Below are positions 16,232 through 20,000 of a stretch of 20,000 bases of DNA, piece by piece; position 1 is the stretch's first letter; the number at the start of each line of letters is the position of its first letter. The notes under the pieces were generated by a model that made no database searches, was not told the origin of the DNA, and worked only from the letters and a program-made list of their open reading frames with translations. Source of the DNA: an uncultured virus (IMG/VR IMGVR_UViG_3300043425_000347) (lineage: Duplodnaviria; Heunggongvirae; Uroviricota; Caudoviricetes); the IMG/VR virus record IMGVR_UViG_3300043425_000347. One strand, 5' to 3'. The position numbers and the translations under genes are program-made.

Positions 16232-16455
16232 ACTACGACCTCAATACCAAGGACGGCATGAACAACGCCGTTAAGTGGACGCAAGCCATGTTCGACACTG
16301 TCAACGATGGCGGTGTGTGGGTGGTGCCGCGTTCAATGACGATGGTACGCATCAACAAGAAAGACCGCATCGCAACGATCGTCGTTGGCTTTGCCCCCGA
16401 CCCATCCCTACGCCAAGTCATCGAGGCTATGGGCTGGACTGTTGTCGTTGAGTGA
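16228..16455 (+). CDS. Hypothetical protein (75 aa)
   Basis: ATGA overlap; RBS AAGGA; MNYDLNTKDG...GGVWVVPRS. Confidence 0.7.
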   Translation: MNYDLNTKDGMNNAVKWTQAMFDTVNDGGVWVVPRSMTMVRINKKDRIATIVVGFAPDPSLRQVIEAMGWTVVVE

Positions 16456-16547
16456 GATCAAGAGAGAGTTTCTCTCTGACGCCTTGATGGGTGGCGGCCA
16501 TACCGGTATACCCATCATTCCAAACTTGAAACTAAGGAGAAAGCAAA

Positions 16548-17951
16548 ATGCCTACATGGAAAAATCTACGTGAAGCACACCAGTTTATGGACTACGTGTT
16601 CTTGAAAGCCGCACGCATCGTGTCCGATGGCGTGCATGAGCGCGTCCGCTACGGCGAGTACCGCACTGTTGTGCCGGGCCGTCCGTGGTTCAACCAGCAA
16701 CGCACACGTCATGCACTGCACCCTGCTGTGCACGAGATCATGACCGAGTACAAGTACCGCCCGCATAACTGGCATCAACTGTTGCTTGAGTGGCCACACA
16801 AGTCCATCACGGACCCCAACAGGCTGGCCTACACACGTGATGAGAAGTCAGCTATGCATGGCGGTGACAGCGACATCAAAGCGCAGGTGACTACCATCGG
16901 TAAGTATCTGACGCGTCACTTCCCTGACGCACCATCCAATCTTATCCGTGACGTTGCGGCCAAGTTCACATACGGCGGCTCGACCAGCATCACCAACGAC
17001 ATGGACAAGATGGTGTACGCAGTCATCAACGGCCCTCGCTCGTGTATGAGTAGCCACTTCGACATCAGGTGCGATGACGGCAAAACACGCCATCCCTACG
17101 AGGTGTATGACCCATCGCTTGGCTGGGGTATGGCTGTGCGCTCCGAGGAGGGTGAGGTGCTGGGCCGTTGCCTTGTGCATGAGAGCGATGAGGGCAAGGG
17201 GTTTGTGCGCTCATACAAACGTGAGCGTGATGCGCGTTCGCACTCTGGTGCTGACGAGGCCATCGAGGTGTACCTGCAAAGTCTCGGCTATGCCAAGTGG
17301 CGTGGCTGGCCTGAGCACGTGCGTATCATGCGCTATCCCCTGCGCCGTAACGGATTATTGATGCCATACATTGACGGCGGCAATCAGCACGTTGAGGAGG
17401 ACGACGATGTGTTGCGTATCAGTAGCTACGATGGGTGGGAGGCGTGCAGTACCAGCGGCATGATCAACGGCAACGAGCATACGTGTGAGGACTGCGGCGC
17501 TGGGTTCGACGATGACGATGGCGGCTGGACTGGTATCCATGAGGAGCACCATGTGTGCCAGCACTGTCTCGACAACGACTACACCTATGCGTACAGCCGC
17601 AGGGGTAACGAGTACTACATCCGCAACGACGATGTGGTCGAAGTCAATGGCTCGTGGTATGACATCAACCATCTGTCTGACAACAACATCGTCGAGTTGC
17701 ACGATGGTGAGTACGAGGACCTTGACAACGCGGTGTACATCGAGTCAGAGGGTGCGTACTACCACGTTGACGATGACGACATCTGCCACGCCGAGGACAC
17801 TGGCCGGTACGAGTTGAAACATGACTGCTGGCAGTGTGAGGAGTCACGCAACTGGTACACCGAGGACACCGACTACGTTGAAGTAGATGGTGACAAGTAC
17901 CACCCTGACCATGCGCCTGAGCAAGAGACCAACGACACTGAAACAAACTGA
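16548..17951 (+). CDS. Unknown protein with an acidic C-terminal CxxC-repeat region
   Basis: 467 aa; GPRSCM, LGRCL and PYIDG motifs, then CEDC, CQHC and CWQC in a D/E/Y-rich tail; RBS AAGGAGAAAGCAAA. Confidence 0.8.
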   Translation: MPTWKNLREAHQFMDYVFLKAARIVSDGVHERVRYGEYRTVVPGRPWFNQQRTRHALHPAVHEIMTEYKYRPHNWHQLLLEWPHKSITDPNRLAYTRDEKSAMHGGDSDIKAQVTTIGKYLTRHFPDAPSNLIRDVAAKFTYGGSTSITNDMDKMVYAVINGPRSCMSSHFDIRCDDGKTRHPYEVYDPSLGWGMAVRSEEGEVLGRCLVHESDEGKGFVRSYKRERDARSHSGADEAIEVYLQSLGYAKWRGWPEHVRIMRYPLRRNGLLMPYIDGGNQHVEEDDDVLRISSYDGWEACSTSGMINGNEHTCEDCGAGFDDDDGGWTGIHEEHHVCQHCLDNDYTYAYSRRGNEYYIRNDDVVEVNGSWYDINHLSDNNIVELHDGEYEDLDNAVYIESEGAYYHVDDDDICHAEDTGRYELKHDCWQCEESRNWYTEDTDYVEVDGDKYHPDHAPEQETNDTETN

Positions 17952-17964
17952 AGGAGAAACATCC

Positions 17965-19083
17965 ATGACAACACTCAACAAACAATCCATCCTGTACAAA
18001 ACCTTGGCACGTGCGCTGTCCATGATGCGCCCACACAACAGCGAGGGTACACGCCGCCTGACTGACTGGCTCGAACAGCGTGCCCCTGCTCATGCACGCA
18101 CACATCGTGATGGTGCGGGTAACCTGCACGTGGACACACGCATCAGCCCTACCAACCGGACGCTGTTCGTTGCACACGTTGACACTGTGCACCGCAAGGA
18201 AGGCCCCAACAAGATCAAGCAGACCAACACGCACTGGTACGCTGACGGGGCAGCTCTCGGTGCCGATGATGGCGCTGGCGTTGCGATGCTCATGCACCTG
18301 CTACACGCTGGCGTTGATGCTTACTATGTGTTCACGCAAGGCGAGGAGTGTGGCGGCATCGGTGCTACGCATCTTGCCAAGACCCAGAGAGAACTTCTCT
18401 CTGAGTTCGACCGCGCCATTGCCTTTGACCGCAGGGGTATCGACAGCGTCATCACGCACCAAGGCCGGGGTCGCTGCTGCTCTGATGCGTTTGCCGATGC
18501 ACTCAGCGCCGCGCTCAGTGCCGACGATACCCTGATGTACCTGCCCGACAGCACAGGTGTGTACACCGACACGGCCGAGTTCATTGAGGTCATACCCGAG
18601 TGCACCAACATCAGCGTGGGTTACTACTCTGAGCACAGCGACAAAGAGAAGCTGGACATCATCCACTTCCAAGCACTGGCTAATCGTGTGGCCAAGATCG
18701 ACTGGGACTCACTGCCCACCGACCGCGACCCGACTGTGGTTGAGACGATGGACTGGGGCCAGTGGGGGGTGTACTACCCCACGTCTTCGACGGGTGTCAA
18801 CTCTTCTTCTGCGTGGCACCACCTCAGTGATGACGATTGGGACTATGACTCGTACACCATCGAGCTTCAAGAGGCGCTGTACGATGCGCAGGCTGGCTCC
18901 AAGCAGTGGCTGATCGAGCTGATGTGCGAGTCCGTGTGGCCCGAGGACCCAGAGATGGCCGAGCGCCTGATCGACCGCAACAAGATAGACGAGCGCGTGC
19001 TCACTGCCGCACTCAAGGACAGCACCACATACGACCCGACAGTCGTGCTGGCCACAATTTTTGACCAAGCCTATGCGGCATAA
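17965..19083 (+). CDS. Zinc-dependent peptidase, M28/M20/M42 (MH clan) fold (372 aa)
   Basis: Metal-ligand motifs AHVDTV, LGADDGAG, GEECG, AFDR and a distal YSEHS; RBS AAGGAGAAA before ATG 17965. Confidence 0.85.
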   Translation: MTTLNKQSILYKTLARALSMMRPHNSEGTRRLTDWLEQRAPAHARTHRDGAGNLHVDTRISPTNRTLFVAHVDTVHRKEGPNKIKQTNTHWYADGAALGADDGAGVAMLMHLLHAGVDAYYVFTQGEECGGIGATHLAKTQRELLSEFDRAIAFDRRGIDSVITHQGRGRCCSDAFADALSAALSADDTLMYLPDSTGVYTDTAEFIEVIPECTNISVGYYSEHSDKEKLDIIHFQALANRVAKIDWDSLPTDRDPTVVETMDWGQWGVYYPTSSTGVNSSSAWHHLSDDDWDYDSYTIELQEALYDAQAGSKQWLIELMCESVWPEDPEMAERLIDRNKIDERVLTAALKDSTTYDPTVVLATIFDQAYAA

Positions 19084-19098
19084 CCTGAGGAGAAAGCA

Positions 19099-19410
19099 AT
19101 GACTGACGCACTAAAACCCAAAAGTTTCCACACAACAGGGCCGTGGCACTACCGCGAAGGCCACAACGGGGAGTTCCTTATCGCTTGTGAGTCTGGGGGG
19201 TTTGCACCCCTAGCGCGGGTCAAGGGAGACAAGCGCTCCACGCTGAAGGATGCCAAGGCAAACGCGTGCTTGATGGCCGCTGCCCCTGACCTACTGGCCG
19301 CACTGTACGCCATGATGGACAACTGTTACGACCCTGAAAGGGATGACGCCATCGTGCAGGCGTTTGATGCTGCACGCGATGCCATAGCCAAAGCGGAGGG
19401 GTTCAAGTGA
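19099..19410 (+). CDS. Conserved phage protein of the HTxGPW...ANAxLxAAAPDLL type
   Basis: HTTGPW and ANACLMAAAPDLLAAL motifs; RBS GAGGAGAAAGCA. Confidence 0.8.
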   Translation: MTDALKPKSFHTTGPWHYREGHNGEFLIACESGGFAPLARVKGDKRSTLKDAKANACLMAAAPDLLAALYAMMDNCYDPERDDAIVQAFDAARDAIAKAEGFK

Positions 19411-19535
19411 AATATCAAGGCCCACCTAAACCCATCCCTACGTATAGGGAGCCCATGTCCGACAGCACGCTGGCCATATGGTTCATCGTGCTGGCCGTGG
19501 CGTTCGTTGTGATTATGTTTTTAACTGGAGAATGA
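19407..19535 (+). CDS. Small single-pass membrane protein (42 aa)
   Basis: Not in the ORF track. GTG start overlaps the upstream TGA, RBS GGAGG; MKYQGPPKPIPTYREPMSDSTLAIWFIVLAVAFVVIMFLTGE; fills the intergenic gap. Confidence 0.6.
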   Translation: MKYQGPPKPIPTYREPMSDSTLAIWFIVLAVAFVVIMFLTGE

Positions 19536-19536
19536 C

Positions 19537-19848
19537 ATGAACTGTAAGAAAGGCGAACTCGCCATCATTGTGAGTAGCTCTTGTGGCAACGAGGGCAAGA
19601 TTGTGCAGTGCCTTGAGCTGCTGATAACGGACAGGTTTCTTGACACGGAGGGTAGACCGCACCGCCACATAAATGGGGTTCAGCCCGTATGGCGCATCGA
19701 CAGGCCCATCAACTTTGCAAACGCATTCAATACAGTACAGGTGATGTATTGCTCGGACGCAAGACTGCGCCCGTTGCGCGGCGACCTGAACGGGGATGAC
19801 ACTGAATCAACTACGGAGAAAAAGAATGAACTCGAAACCACTGCTTAA
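19537..19848 (+). CDS. Hypothetical phage protein (103 aa)
   Basis: MNCKKGELAIIV...NEGKIV...DARLRPLRG; RBS GGAG. Confidence 0.75.
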   Translation: MNCKKGELAIIVSSSCGNEGKIVQCLELLITDRFLDTEGRPHRHINGVQPVWRIDRPINFANAFNTVQVMYCSDARLRPLRGDLNGDDTESTTEKKNELETTA

Positions 19849-19865
19849 AAAAGTGAAAAAATCTA

Positions 19866-19895
19866 TTGACTTTTGTCAAGCGCTAGACAAATAAT
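19866..19895 (+). promoter_or_regulatory. Sigma70-like promoter overlapped by operator-like repeat, copy 2
   Basis: TTGACT (19866-19871), 18-nt spacer, AATAAT (19890-19895); TTGTCAA-GCGC-TAGACAAA at 19873-19891. Confidence 0.55.
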
Positions 19896-19916
19896 GCCCT
19901 TCCCAAGGAGAAAACT

Positions 19917-20000
19917 ATGAACATCGAAGCAAAGAAAACCACCCCGTGGATACCTGTCGGGCACCCCGACTTCAAGTGGACGTCAGGCGCTGACGTCCAG
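19917..20000 (+). CDS. Hypothetical protein, partial
   Basis: RBS CCCAAGGAGAAA; MNIEAKKTTPWIPVGHPDFKWTSGADVQ, open to the window end. Confidence 0.7.
   Translation, partial: MNIEAKKTTPWIPVGHPDFKWTSGADVQ

Larger units (their letters stand above)
13388..18402 (+). repeat. Seven dispersed palindromes AGAGAGA-N1-3-TTCTCTCT
   Basis: Copies at 13388-13403, 13638-13653, 14164-14179, 15487-15503, 15719-15736, 16461-16477 and 18386-18402. Confidence 0.92.

Noticed and set aside
14423..17964. Longer upstream starts given by the track (14423, 15518, 16186, 17887; likewise 13143 and 13715)
   Set aside because: Clear RBSs or overlapping stop-start junctions support the downstream ATGs instead.
13388..18402. 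Palindromes as a CRISPR array or Rho-independent terminators
   Set aside because: Spacing is irregular (250-1900 bp), three copies are inside genes, and there are no cas genes or U tails.
1..20000. tRNA, rRNA, integrase, IS element or intron
   Set aside because: No cloverleaf, recombinase or transposase motifs seen; terL, portal and capsid genes are uninterrupted.

Overview
The window is a 20-kb segment of a tailed dsDNA phage with podovirus-type morphogenesis genes; a betaproteobacterial host is my guess. It has two divergent arms. The minus strand (12739 to 1) is the late/structural operon: probable small terminase, large terminase, portal, GroES-like co-chaperonin, probable scaffold, decoration protein, major capsid protein, an HNH endonuclease, several small basic 'xxxGG' proteins, a head-tail adaptor and a CxxC protein that runs off the window. 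The plus strand (13212 to 20000) is an early-type arm of small unknown ORFs, an acidic CxxC protein and an M28-type zinc peptidase. The main finding is non-coding. Between the arms, a palindromic -10 box (AGTATATACT) can serve two back-to-back sigma70 promoters. One points into the late operon. The other (TTGCTG-N17-TATACT) would make an ~85-nt terminated RNA (about 12807-12892). Its core UUUGCUUUCUCCUUGGGU is complementary (9-17 nt) to the extended ribosome-binding sites of at least nine early-arm genes but not to most late-gene RBSs, so it is a candidate phage sRNA that shuts off early translation. The early arm also carries seven AGAGAGA-N1-3-TTCTCTCT palindromes, a twice-repeated TTGTCAA-N4-TAGACAAA operator-like site, a Fur-like box and an origin-like AT-rich region. 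All protein calls come from motif recognition and synteny; no database searches were run.
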